In this document: piece by piece, positions 26,040-38,414 of the stretch
Layout of the letters: each line of letters begins with the position of its first letter
Position numbering within the stretch: the stretch's first letter is position 1
Assembly: GCA_964276515.1 (NCBI GenBank)
Contig: OZ193909.1
Location: forward strand, 21,204,001-21,268,000
Length of the DNA: 64,000 nucleotides
Reading direction: 5' to 3'
Origin: Gordius albopunctatus
Taxonomy: Eukaryota
Translations under genes and position numbers: made by a program
Notes under the pieces: generated by a model
The model's input: the letters and a program-made list of their open reading frames with translations, nothing else
Databases searched by the model: none
What the model was told of the DNA's origin: nothing

Positions 26040-26370
26040 TCATCTAATTTAAACTTTGTCTTCCTTACTTCTATTGCATTTAACCATCTCTTTACAATAT
26101 TAGCCAATTCTTGTTCGCTTTTGGCACAGAGGATTATATCCTCTGCGAAGATCATTGCCAAAAGGGTTTCCTCGCCCAAATCCTTGGTAATAATATCCAT
26201 TATCATTATGAATAGGAATGTACTAAGAGCTTAACCTTGATGGACTCCAGTGTTAATGGCAAAGCCCTTTGTAGTCCCCGCCGTTATTCTAACGTATGTT
26301 CTATTTCCCTTGTACATATCTTTTATTGCTCTGACGTATAATTCTGGCACATTGTTTTCTTTAAGTTGTA
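26040..26370 (-). mobile_element. Old RTE-type reverse transcriptase fragment
   Basis: VPELYVRAIKDMY...TGVHQG*ALSTFLFIMIMDIITKDL...MIFAEDIILC (degenerate FADD). Confidence 0.85.
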
Positions 26371-27836
26371 TTTGGTTACCAAAGGTATAGCTTCTTGGAT
26401 CAGGAGAGTACACAAGTTCAACCACCACTACAAGGTATTTCTGGCTCGGTTGAGGGTTTAAAGCTATATCTACGTTTTTAAAACCCGTATCGTTTAACTA
26501 TTTCTGGTCATGTTTGGCTGCTATGGCCCAGTTGTATTTAATAGCTAGACAGAATGTTGTCAATTGGTCGTCAGCACATATTAAAAGATCTAGGTCCAAT
26601 ATTGGGAGGCATAATTTGGCCATCTTAATCGTGAAGTTAGCTTCGTGTGTGTCGCGTTTTTGAACTTTATGATTTTGATTTTTTAGGAGGGCTTCGAGGC
26701 CATCAAATGTTTACTTTCTAAAATATATTTCATTAATAAAAAAATATTTTGTGGCTCATTTTTTTTTTAAAATGGCACAAGTAAGTATTTTGGGACATAA
26801 AATAAGTATTTACGCCACAATAAAATCGTTTACGTTTTGAATTTAAAAGTATTTATTATAAAATTATATATGTGCAATTTATTGAAGTAACAATCCTACT
26901 TCTATTGGTGTTTTTACAACAAAGTAGTGCAAGAATTCTTTATGTTGTGAATAATGATAAAAAGTATCCACTCTTATCTTTAAGTTTAAATACTAATTTC
27001 ATAAACATGCTTTAAGTTCTTTAGGAATGAACTCATGACGGTCATATCAGAGGCTAAAACTCTTGTTTCAAATTATTTATATAAAGGCTTACTTATTTTT
27101 TTTGTCAATGCTAACTATGGGTCCCAGCTAATTCAAACATTTAAATGACATGTTTGAAACCGTTTTCGAGTAAAAAATAGTTTACAATTGGGATTTTTAA
27201 AAATAAATTTTATTTCTACTTAATTTAAAAAAAAAAATAAAATTTTTTAAAAAACATGTCTAAATTTTTTGCCATCAAAATTTTTCGTCAGACTAGATGA
27301 GACCGAGATTTTTGTAGGTCGAGACGAGACTAGATTCTTATAATGGCACCCGAGACAGAAACTCTACCGAAAAAGGATTACTTGATTTAGTTAACCCTAG
27401 CATAATATTTAAAACTATCTTTGCAAGCTTGATTTTCAATAATGCACATGTAAAACGTATAATTCTGGCCTAGATAATATCACTCCCAATAAAAAATTGA
27501 TAAGACTTCATTTTAAGCCTCTAAATCTAGCTTCTTCAGTGGGGGAAAAGTAGTATATAAAATAAAAGGCGGAGAGAAGAGTGAACAAAAAAAGTTGATT
27601 TTTGCTAAGCCTGAGAACTGTATATATATATGGATGGAGAAATAATTAGCTAAAAAAATTGACACAGTAGATGAGGTGAACAGATAGTTAAAATTTTATT
27701 CAAAATAAATAAGATTTATATAATTAATTAGCAACTATATAAATGTAAATTAGACCCGAACTAATATATTGAAATTCAAAATGAACCAAACACCTATATT
27801 GAAATTAGTCTCTATTATTAAAGCAAGCAATAATTA

Positions 27837-28707
27837 CACAGGTCTACAAAAAAACCATCCTGCAAGCGGACCAATAATTCTGATAGAGAATTTTGCGCTG
27901 ATCACAAATATGTTTTTAGTTTTTTTTCCAAAATTACCAGTTTTTTAGATATATGAAGTTATAAGTGCAAAAAAGGCCTTTTTAAGGTATTTTGAAATTA
28001 AATACCAAGGCCATTTTAAATTTATATTGAAAAAAATTAGTGTTTTTGTGTAGATTGAAGTCTCATCTCCACGTGTATTAATTAATTTTTTTTATTTCAC
28101 CTCTATATTTAAATTTATACGCGTTTACGTGAACCCCTTCCACTTATCAAAATTCGTCCCACAACATCTGGAAAAAGGAGTACAGTAGAGTACATATTAC
28201 ACACGCGCTGTTTAATAACACATCTCTCTCTCCCTTTCTCTATCTCTTCCACTCCCGCCCCCATATCTATCCAAGCACACATGAAGGGGACGTGGGTGGA
28301 GGAGATAGAGAGGAGATTAGGTGAAGGGAGAGAGATATTTGTTAGTAAACATCGCGTACGCAGTATGTACTCTACTGTACTCCTTTTTCCAGACGTTGTG
28401 GGGCGAATTTTGCGTAAAAATGTAAATATAAAGGTGAAAAAAAAATTAATTAATACAAGGGGAGATAAGACTTAAATCTACACAAAAACACTAGTTTTTT
28501 TCAATATAAATTTAAAATGGCGTTGGTATTTAACTTCAAAATACCTTAAAAAGGCCATTTTTTACACCATTAACCTCATTTATCTAAAAAAATGGAGATT
28601 TTGGAAAAAAAACTAAAAACATATTTGAGATCAGCGCAAAATTCTCTATCAGGATTATTGGTCTGATTGCAGGATGGAATCACAAAGTCAAAATTTGTAG
28701 ATCAGTG
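27837..28707. mobile_element. Long palindromic MITE, Chapaev3-like (CMC superfamily)
   Basis: Arms of ~420 bp are imperfect reverse complements around a centre near 28270; termini CACAGGTCTACAAA / TTTGTAGATCAGTG; flanked by TTA on both sides (3-bp TWA TSD). Confidence 0.75.
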
Positions 28708-29518
28708 TTATTAAAAAAAGGATAATTATTATTGTCACTATGGATTAAATATATAAGATAAACTACTTATTATCAAATTTTATTTAATACGTAAAATAAA
28801 CTGTTTATTATGAAAGTTATAATTGTATGTATATTATACTTACAAATGATGGATAATTGTGAAAGGAACAGATAAGTTATCAATTCATGAATATATTGCC
28901 GTTGCGAGATATTTAAATAAGGAGCATAATAATGATATATCTCATGACAGATGCCGTTGTATCGAGGCCATGTAAATGGGAACAATATCTCCATAAAATA
29001 TTTCCAGTATAAGTATAATCAACTAGAGGGGCTGGGCACAATTAGTTCCAAGAGTTAACCGGGAGTACCAATTAAATCACTTTACAATCCTAATCCAACC
29101 GTAATTATCTAACCACGCGCTTATTTTTCATATTTAATAACATTTTAGATTTTTTTAGCTTAATTAAAAAGATGTATTACAGTAACATTGTAAGATAGAA
29201 TCATGATAGAATGCTAAGAGGCGAAGGGCAATTCTGTGCAAAATCTAATATAGGCAAGGGTTAGGGTTAGATTTAGTGATTTATTTGATAATATGTATTT
29301 AACATTTTGATATAACTTATTTTGTTTCAATTAACAATTATAGTATCCTTTTATTACGTAGATTTTATACATATTACATGCGTATGAATATGCGTGAAAA
29401 CTGGTCTCAATTTCTAAAATACGAATATTACATTATTAGATTTTGCACATATTAGATTTTGCACCAGATTCTGCGAAGGGATGAAGATTGTCTAGGTAGC
29501 AAATTAACGTGTTAAAAA

Positions 29519-30183
<665 letters not shown>

Positions 30184-31866
30184 ATATTATCTTTTTGTAA
30201 AAACTTATTCTTTATATTAAACCTTCTAAGTTTGTTTGTATAGCCTATTTATTTGAAATTTGACAACATTAACTTATATATGGTATATAATAAATAATGT
30301 CACCTGCTAACCACCTAAAAGTATGATTGACTATGTCAGAACAAAAATAGTTTTAAATAGCACTTTTAATATATCATTTTTTCTATTATTCTTGTATGCA
30401 ACTCAAATTGTGATCATATTCTAGTAACCAACCCTATAATAATTAATATTGTTTATTGGTAAGATTATTCAAATTAATAATCATATATTATTAGAACCTT
30501 GTTGTATTTTTCAATCATTTGATAATCATAGGATCCCAAAATTTTGTGAGGAAGCTGTATAAAAAGAACACAAATTTGGGTTCATCAAATTTTAATACTT
30601 ATTATTTTTATTAGTTCCCCTTTAATTAAGTGCCAATGATTATAGAAATGAAATGAGTGAATTGTCAATTTATGTCTTCTCAAATAATATAAATATTCTG
30701 TAAAAGTAAATTGCGATTTTCGGAGCATCTCTCTTATCCACCATAAAAATAAACTCCTAATTTATGTGACTATACGTTATAGCTCTAGCACCTCCAAATA
30801 GAGAACTGCAAAATTACTTTTTCAACCCGAGCCGACCCGCAAGTTTTTTAATTTTTAACTCGAGCCGATCCGAAAGCGTTTTTAAAGTTTCAACCCCACC
30901 CGAAACCATTTTAAATTTTTAACCCGAACCCGATGAAAGCAATTTTTAACTGGAACCCGTCCGAAAGCATTTTAAATGAACCCGGCCCGACCCAAAACGC
31001 CTAATTTTTTTAACCAAATCCCTTCCAAAAGTGTTTCAAATTTTGGTACCCAACGCGAGAGTAAGATAAATTCCAGTGTCTAAAATTTAATCGACAAATT
31101 CATGCGAGTTATGAAAATAATTGATACCACATATTTTGATTATTACACATATTTGAATCATTTATTATAGTGATGTATAAATATGATAGCATCTACAATA
31201 TCGGGTCGCAATTAATTTGAAATACATGGATTGCAAATGAACCATTTAATTATTCTAAACTTTCTTTTATGTTGGTTTATGAATATATATTTATGTCATT
31301 TAAATTAATAACGAATTACCACATCGCGATATTTAAATACAATTTAAAAATATTATTTTGCTGATATATCAAACCTTTCACCAGTAAAATTTAAATAAAC
31401 AAAAGGAAATTAACTAAATGATTGATCTTCAATTATACACTTTTGAAGATATCATTATTAATAACAAGTAATTATCTGAACATTGTAAATACAATAAAAT
31501 AGGCATTTTTGTTGGAAGAACATAACAGTTTTGAGATCTTACGTTAATTGCACATATATAACGTAAAATATAAAATTTTCTTTAAAGCACAATTTACACT
31601 TCTCCATTTGATTTGATTCATCCTTGGATACTGTGAAATGTTTAAGCAGCTGCTCTTTTTGTCGTATCGTTGCATTGGACAAAAAAGCAAAAAACCAATG
31701 TCTATGAATGTCTATGATATGTCTATAAATATTTTTTGACCAATCAGAGTATGGCTGTTCAATATCACTTCTTTTAATGATCAAATGTCTGTTAAATTCC
31801 CCATACAAGTAATATTTATGATTATTATATATTATCTTCATAATAGCTTATCCAAACTATGGATGT

Positions 31867-32055
31867 ATTGATAATGCTCAGGTTTCTCAACCTCTGGATT
31901 TATTGATAATGCTCAGGTTTCTTAACCTCTACAAACATTGGACATGAATGGATCTATTGATAATGCTCAGGTTTCTCAACCTCTACAAACATTGGACATG
32001 AATTGATCTATTGATAATGCTCAGGTTTCTCAACCTCTACAAACATTGGACATCA
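31867..32055 (+). repeat. 54-bp coding-type tandem repeat (IDNAQVSQPLQTLDMNGS), about 3.5 copies
   Basis: TATTGATAATGCTCAGGTTTCTCAACCTCT repeated four times; unit length is a multiple of 3; one copy contains TGA. Confidence 0.85.
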
Positions 32056-32102
32056 ACAATGTTTTATATTTAATTAAAAAAGTGAGAGCAATCAATAATC
32101 AA

Positions 32103-32750
32103 AGTGCAATATCATATTCAACCATCCCAACCACCACCAACTGTAAGTTCATTTATTTATAAAAAAAAGTTAATTTTACACTTGTTTTAGATATGAGGGC
32201 TTCTGCTGCAGAAAGCATTCTAAGTGAAATATCATATTCAACCATCCCAACCACCACCAACTGTAAGTTCATTTATTTATAAAAAAGTTAATTTTACACT
32301 TGTTTTAGATATGAGGGCTTCTGCTGCAGAAAGCATTCTAAGTGCAATATCATATTCAACCATCCCAACCACCACCAACTGTAAGTTCATTTATTTATAA
32401 AAAAGTTAATTTTACACTTGTTTTAGATATGAGGGCTTCTGCTGAAGAAAGCATTCTAAGTGCAATATCATATTCAACCATCCCAACCACCACCAACTGT
32501 AAGTTCATTTATTTATAAAAAAGTTAATTTTACACTTGTTTTAGATATGAGGGCTTCTGCTGCAGAAAGCATTCTAAGTGCAATATCATATTCAACCATC
32601 CCAACCACCACCAACTGTAAGTTCATTTATTTATAAAAAAGTTAATTTTACACTTGTTTTAGATATGAGGGCTTCTGCTGCAGAAAGCATTCTAAGTGAA
32701 ATATCATATTCAACCATCCCAACCACCACCAACTGTAAGTTCATTTATTC
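32103..32750 (+). repeat. 118-bp tandem repeat (46-nt GT-AG intron + 72-nt exon), about 5.5 copies
   Basis: Near-identical units GTAAGTTC...TTGTTTTAG followed by ATATGAGGGC...CACCAACT; exon-like parts at 32191, 32309, 32427, 32545 and 32663. Confidence 0.92.
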
Positions 32751-32769
32751 ATAAACCAGTTGAGATAAT

Positions 32770-33408
32770 ATGCAATTCATTTCATCCCATAATGGCTCTG
32801 TGTTATATTATGAGACTTTCTTATACAACAGGCTGACAACAACTCCATCTGCCACCTATTATAGGTGTAGGAAAAAAGGCTGTTCAGGAAAAGCCAAAAT
32901 CACGACTTTTCCTACTGTTACCCAAGGACATAGTCACGAGCCTCCCAGAGGTGACTATGAGTACCTCATAACTCTTCGGGACTTAAAGGCTGCTGTTTTG
33001 GCAGAGCCTAAAGAAAATTTGAGGATTATATATAATACAGTAATTTTTCAAAGATTGCAAGAGGTACCTGACCTTGTCCTGTACCCGCAGGCAACCCCCA
33101 CATTTGCCTCAGTTAAACATACAATGCTACGGGTTAATTTCCACAATGGTATTAAGTGCCTAATTGGTCGGGCCCACCCTCCTATTTACGAATTTATTAC
33201 TCATATTATAAAACATCAGGGCGTTACAGATGTAAATCTTTTACACATTTCCCAGGGTAAACAAGTACATGTTGCCAGTAGAAAATACAATAATATTAAT
33301 GCAAATATCAATCGTTTACTGTCTTCATACCTCTCTAACGAAGTTGATGTTAATGAATATATTGACAATATATCCAACTATTTGTATATTAAATCACATA
33401 ACATATAA
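32770..33408 (+). pseudogene. FLYWCH zinc-finger / MULE transposase deletion derivative (212-aa ORF)
   Basis: YYRCRKKGCSGKAK...HSHEP (FLYWCH-like C-x4-C...H-x-H) joined directly to FHNGIKCLIGRAHPPIYEFI (MULE C-terminal motif); no DDE core. Confidence 0.75.
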
Positions 33409-33479
33409 ATAAAACATACCTTCTTATAAATAAATTTTGCAGATTACATATACCTTATTAAAAATTTGAATGTAAACTA

Positions 33480-33910
33480 TGTCAAGTTTATTTTATATAA
33501 TCATCACTAACATTTTAATAACAATTTAAAATTTATCATGTCTTACCTTATTTAAATTTTTCATACTTTTAACCCATATAACAAAAATATAGCAGTTAAT
33601 CTTAGTCATTTATATAACTACATCTATTCTATTAAAAGTATATTATCAGGAATAAACAAAATATTTACACATTGTCAAGTTTATTTTATATAGTCATCAG
33701 CATCACTAACATTTTAATAAAAGTTTAAAATTTATCATGTCTTACCTTATTTAAATTTTTCATGCTTTTAACCCATATAACAAAAATATAGCAGTTAATC
33801 TTAGTCATTTATATAACTACATCTATTCTATTAAAAGTATATTATTAGGAATAAACATAAAATTTCTACATATAGTTAAGTTTATTTTATATAGTCATCA
33901 CTAACATTCC
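33480..33910. repeat. ~195-bp tandem duplication (about 2.2 copies) in the 3' part of the MULE element
   Basis: GTCAAGTTTATTTTATATA..CATCACTAACATT recurs at ~33481, ~33674 and ~33875 with near-identical intervening sequence. Confidence 0.85.
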
Positions 33911-34684
33911 CAACATAAACGATTTTTTTATCATATTCCTTTTAATTTTACATTTATATTTATATTTGATCATCAATGATAGAATTTATGTTATATCGTC
34001 TTACCTCTTTATTTAATGTAAATAAAATGTATGATCATAAGGTGCGCATAAACATTCATGCATTTCCGTAGACATTTATTTGTTTTTTGCTTTTTTGTCC
34101 AATGGCACTGAATCTCTTTTTGTGTTGGATGATGAACTTGTTGCGCATAAACTCATTATAGGTCTAAATAATTTTATATTATATAAGCTATACAAATAAT
34201 AAAAAATACCCTAAGGCCTACTAACACTATGTCTATTAAGATTATATTACAAATTTGAAATTTTCGCGAAGCGGATAATTAGGTGCGTAAGCAATTACTA
34301 TAATAAGTTTCAAAATCATATTAATTTGCATTAAATACCCTAAATTTAAATCCCATAAAATAAAAATTCTTAATTAGCTAAATGAAGACTTAATAGATAA
34401 ATATTAAAGTCGAGATCTCGCCGATAAAATCTCGTCTCGAGGTCAAAATTCTCGTCTCGATCTCGACTCAATTTTTCAGAATCTCGAGACCGAGATTTTT
34501 CTCGGTTTTTCCGCATCACTATTTGCCATCATAATTATGAATATTAAAATTAGTTTATATATCTATTTTATAAAATTCACATTTAGGAAGTTGACTGTAA
34601 ATGAATATAGTTAGGATTCCTTTAATAGTAGCTGCCAAATTAATGATTTCCCAAGCATCTTTTATTATTTGAAAAGACCATAAT

Positions 34685-36413
34685 CAGGCGCGTAGCCAGG
34701 CCCCTTGGCTAAAATTTGAAAAATTTTTTGATTAATAACTAAATTAAATGGGTTGAAAATATTATAGTTTATTGCATAAAAGACTTTAAAACTCTTATAA
34801 GAAGCTAGAAACATAATTTAAATTTTGACAAATTGCCTTGTAAAATTTCCGAATATAATTGTTAAAAGTCGCCTTGGGAAGTGGTTAACTAGGCGATTAT
34901 GTTTAATATAGTAATTAATTTTTAAGTTGTTACTTGAGCATTTACAAACAAAACATATACTTATCCAAACATATTTAAGCATTGGCTATCAAAATAAATA
35001 TTATTTATGGTTATCTATCCTAAGAATATATATATTATATATATAGTTTTTAATCCACTTCCACTTAATCTCTTGATTGTTCAAAGATATAGATGAAAAC
35101 GTCTCACCTATAGTTATAAACAATGATGTAGATCAGTGTCGTAGCCAAGGCCCCCCCCTACCCTTAGCAAAACTTTAAAAATAATTGATATAAATATAAT
35201 ATTAAATGTTTTAAAAATATTGTGGGATGTTATTGCGATTCTGGAAAATTCTTTCGGTACCCGCTTGATGATCGGAATATGGCGGGTGGACAAAATACAC
35301 GATGGTACGTAACGTTATCCATGAAAATTGCATGTGGAGGGCTGTGTGGTCAATATGCGCTGAAGGGTAATGCCGGTGTATAGGGACGGTAAGGCCAAGC
35401 CGAAAGGAATTCTGCCGGCACAGAGCAATGCGTGTACGACGATGTTTCGGGTATGAAATTTAGGATTGCATGCGCGCACGTGATCCCAGATGCAAATTTA
35501 AATTCGGAGGTTTAATGCCCGTAATAACCCCTTTTTGGCTATACGCCGTATCACCTCTAAGTAGGTTTGATACGGTCGGATTCCCTGGGTGGGCAAATAT
35601 TTTGTTACCGGAACGTCGCACGTGGTTCGATGAGAGGGAATATCATCGTAGTCAGGTTCAAGGTTCTATTTCACAGAGTTCATAGCTCCCAGGTGATTAT
35701 GGTAGGCGGAGTTGCATTATATGCGAGATACGCCTGGTAGCAATTTATGTGGGATAGGAATAAACGAATTAAAATGGTTATAACAATTTATAACTATAAA
35801 AAAATATTTAGCCAGGTAAAAAACTCGCTAATAAATATATTAAAATATTTATATTTATTTTTAAGTTAAAATTTTAGCAAAAAGCTTTAACCACATTTTT
35901 TTGTCTTCTTAGCACCACATGCATCAATGATTGTAGTTTTTCCATACTCAAAAGATTAGTAGTTTATTAAAAAAAAAGAGTGTCAAGATATCGATGGAAT
36001 GAATTGGCATTATCATTTATCACATTTGTCTGAAATTTTCTTCTAGAACCCATCACCTAAATTGCCCGCCAAGGCCAGCCCAAACCCTTTAATTGCCTAA
36101 TTTACTAATGGTGTCCCAACTGTCGGGCCCAAAATGATGATTTTGAATTTCAAGCATTAATTTTGTCTTATTTCCGAAAATATTTGATTTAATTCTAGAA
36201 TTTTTATAAATTAAAAGGTGACTATATAAAAAATCTCATTGTTATGGTGCCCGCCGAGGCCTGAAAATCTTAATTTACGATGGTTGCCTGCCCGACCCCT
36301 TGGCCGGTGGGCACGACTTTTTGTTTGTGTAATTTTTATTAATTACAAATAAAATGGCAAAGAAAATTTTTGAAAGCTTTCCTTTCTTTGAGAAAATCCT
36401 AGCTACGCTCCTG
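34685..36413. mobile_element. Non-autonomous hAT element with a captured internal segment
   Basis: TIRs CAGGCGCGTAGCCAGG / CCTAGCTACGCTCCTG; perfect 8-bp TSD ACCATAAT (34677-34684, 36414-36421); left end matches a fragment at ~14830; second internal TIR-like start at ~35134. Confidence 0.88.
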
Positions 36414-38414
36414 ACCATAATAGATTCAATCAAAAGTCTGCCAAGATCTATGATTGTTTAAAGCTATAAATCACATATGTTTTGCCTTTATCAACTCTAC
36501 TAAATAGTTGAAATATATTAATTATCAATACTAATTTGTTTATTGACATGTAATTACAATAACCATACAATAGTTACTTACATCATTCCGATGAAATTAA
36601 TGATAATTGTATGAAAACCTAAAAGTGGGGAAAGTAATTCCTTTTTACTCTACAATAGTTTTTTTAATGAATGAGAAAAGGGGAAAGTGATAATGTTTTC
36701 TGGCTACGATAATATTTATAATAATCATTTTTACATATCGAATCTTTTTCACAGTAACAAAAATAATGATGGCTTTCTTCCGTACAGATGTCTTTCTCTT
36801 CCTCGATGGTAATTAAACGTATAGCTGATGGTATAAAAAGGCGATAGATGCACGAAGATGCGCATAAAAATAGATATTAAATTAAATAGGATAGGATATA
36901 GAAGTATATAGAATATGTCAGGTTCCGTGAGTACCACAGCGTTTTAAATTATCTTTCAAGATAATGAATATAATCAAATAATTTTTTGAAAATTTTGGGA
37001 TCTTGCATAACGATTATATATAAGCCTAAGCTTTATCAGTAAATATATATTTTTATAAAGAATCATTACAAAATCTTAAAAAGTAAATATTTTAGGACAT
37101 AATATAATATAGTTTACCTGATAATATAATGGTATTTTTTGAATGTTAAAGTATTTGTTATAAAGTTATACACGTGCAATTTAATAAAACCTCAAAATTC
37201 TTATGATTAATTTAGTGTCAATGTTATTTTTATTGATTTTTTTCCAAATTGTAATATGTGTAACTTATTACTTATGTTATAATAATGATGGAAAGTATTT
37301 ACAGGCACCTTTGTGGTGCCTATGACAATCAAAATGCAATAAATTCTTTAAAAACGAACGAATAAGAGTTGTATCAAATTTTTAAAACATAGATTTAAAG
37401 GCTTTACTTATTTTTGTTGATGCTAATTAAGGGCCCCAACCATTTTTAATAAACAATTAAATATAAATACCCCCTAATTTAGTGTGCCTAACAATTTTGG
37501 TCGTGGCAGACAGGATAGCTTTACTAATTTAATAATACTTTTTTAAAATCGGCCCATATTATAAAAACTGTTATTCTTATTAATTGATTGATAACTATAT
37601 ATTATAGTATGGTAGTGTACAAATGTAATAATAACATGTTTAATTTATTATTAAATTTATGTGAAGTTAGGAGCATTATTAAAGCGGATAAAATATAAAA
37701 GCGTATATTAAATAGTAAAGTAGTTCACAAGCAATATTAATAAAATGTTGATAAGATTTTGAATGAAAAATTTTTTGGCCATTTTAATTTTTTAAATTTT
37801 CTTTATTATGTCCTAATTAAAAAAAAATAGGGAAAAACTTATAGAATAAAATTTTTTTAATGACGAGGCATGTCGAGAATTCTTGTCAAAACAAAACCGG
37901 GATTTTTCTAACCTGAGACAAGATAAAAACACTAAATAACTAAACTTTTAAAATTATTGGAAAAATTTTTTGTTGCGCCCCCCCCCCTCTTCGCTACGCT
38001 CATGATTGATTTTCATATCAACTGTTATGTGTGCTATAATTGTACAATAGAAAGAATAATAATGATGTATACATTTGCGAAGAAATATGGTAATACAATT
38101 TAACAGTGCACTACCACGAACTGTTTCCAGTTAGGTAACTTACTTATTATTCGAGACACTACCACTAACTCCTTACATCAACATAAATCTACTTAAATTG
38201 AAGCTAAGGCCATGGGTAAAAACAAAGGAAAGTATACGTTTTAATTGTACACTATTCCTAACTATTATATCTTTCTCTAGTTTTTAATTCTAAAATGACA
38301 TGGAGACTTATGATATTTAGCAGATGAATTATTTCTTGGTTTTCGATATTAAGCTATCACTTGAGGCGCATTAGCCATATGTGTTTAATCGTAATTTTGC
38401 ATAATTAATTAACG

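Larger units (their letters stand above)
31673..34104 (+). mobile_element. Mutator-like (FLYWCH-type) element, internally deleted
   Basis: Perfect 23-bp inverted termini CATTGGACAAAAAAGCAAAAAAC, extending imperfectly inward; encloses a FLYWCH ORF and three tandem arrays; no TSD recognised. Confidence 0.75.

Noticed and set aside
28773..28994. Gene divergent from TMEM50
   Set aside because: There is a GTAAGT donor on the minus strand, but no recognisable protein or downstream exons; insufficient support.
32103..32750. CRISPR-like array
   Set aside because: Units are wholly repeated with no unique spacers, there are no cas genes, and the context is eukaryotic.
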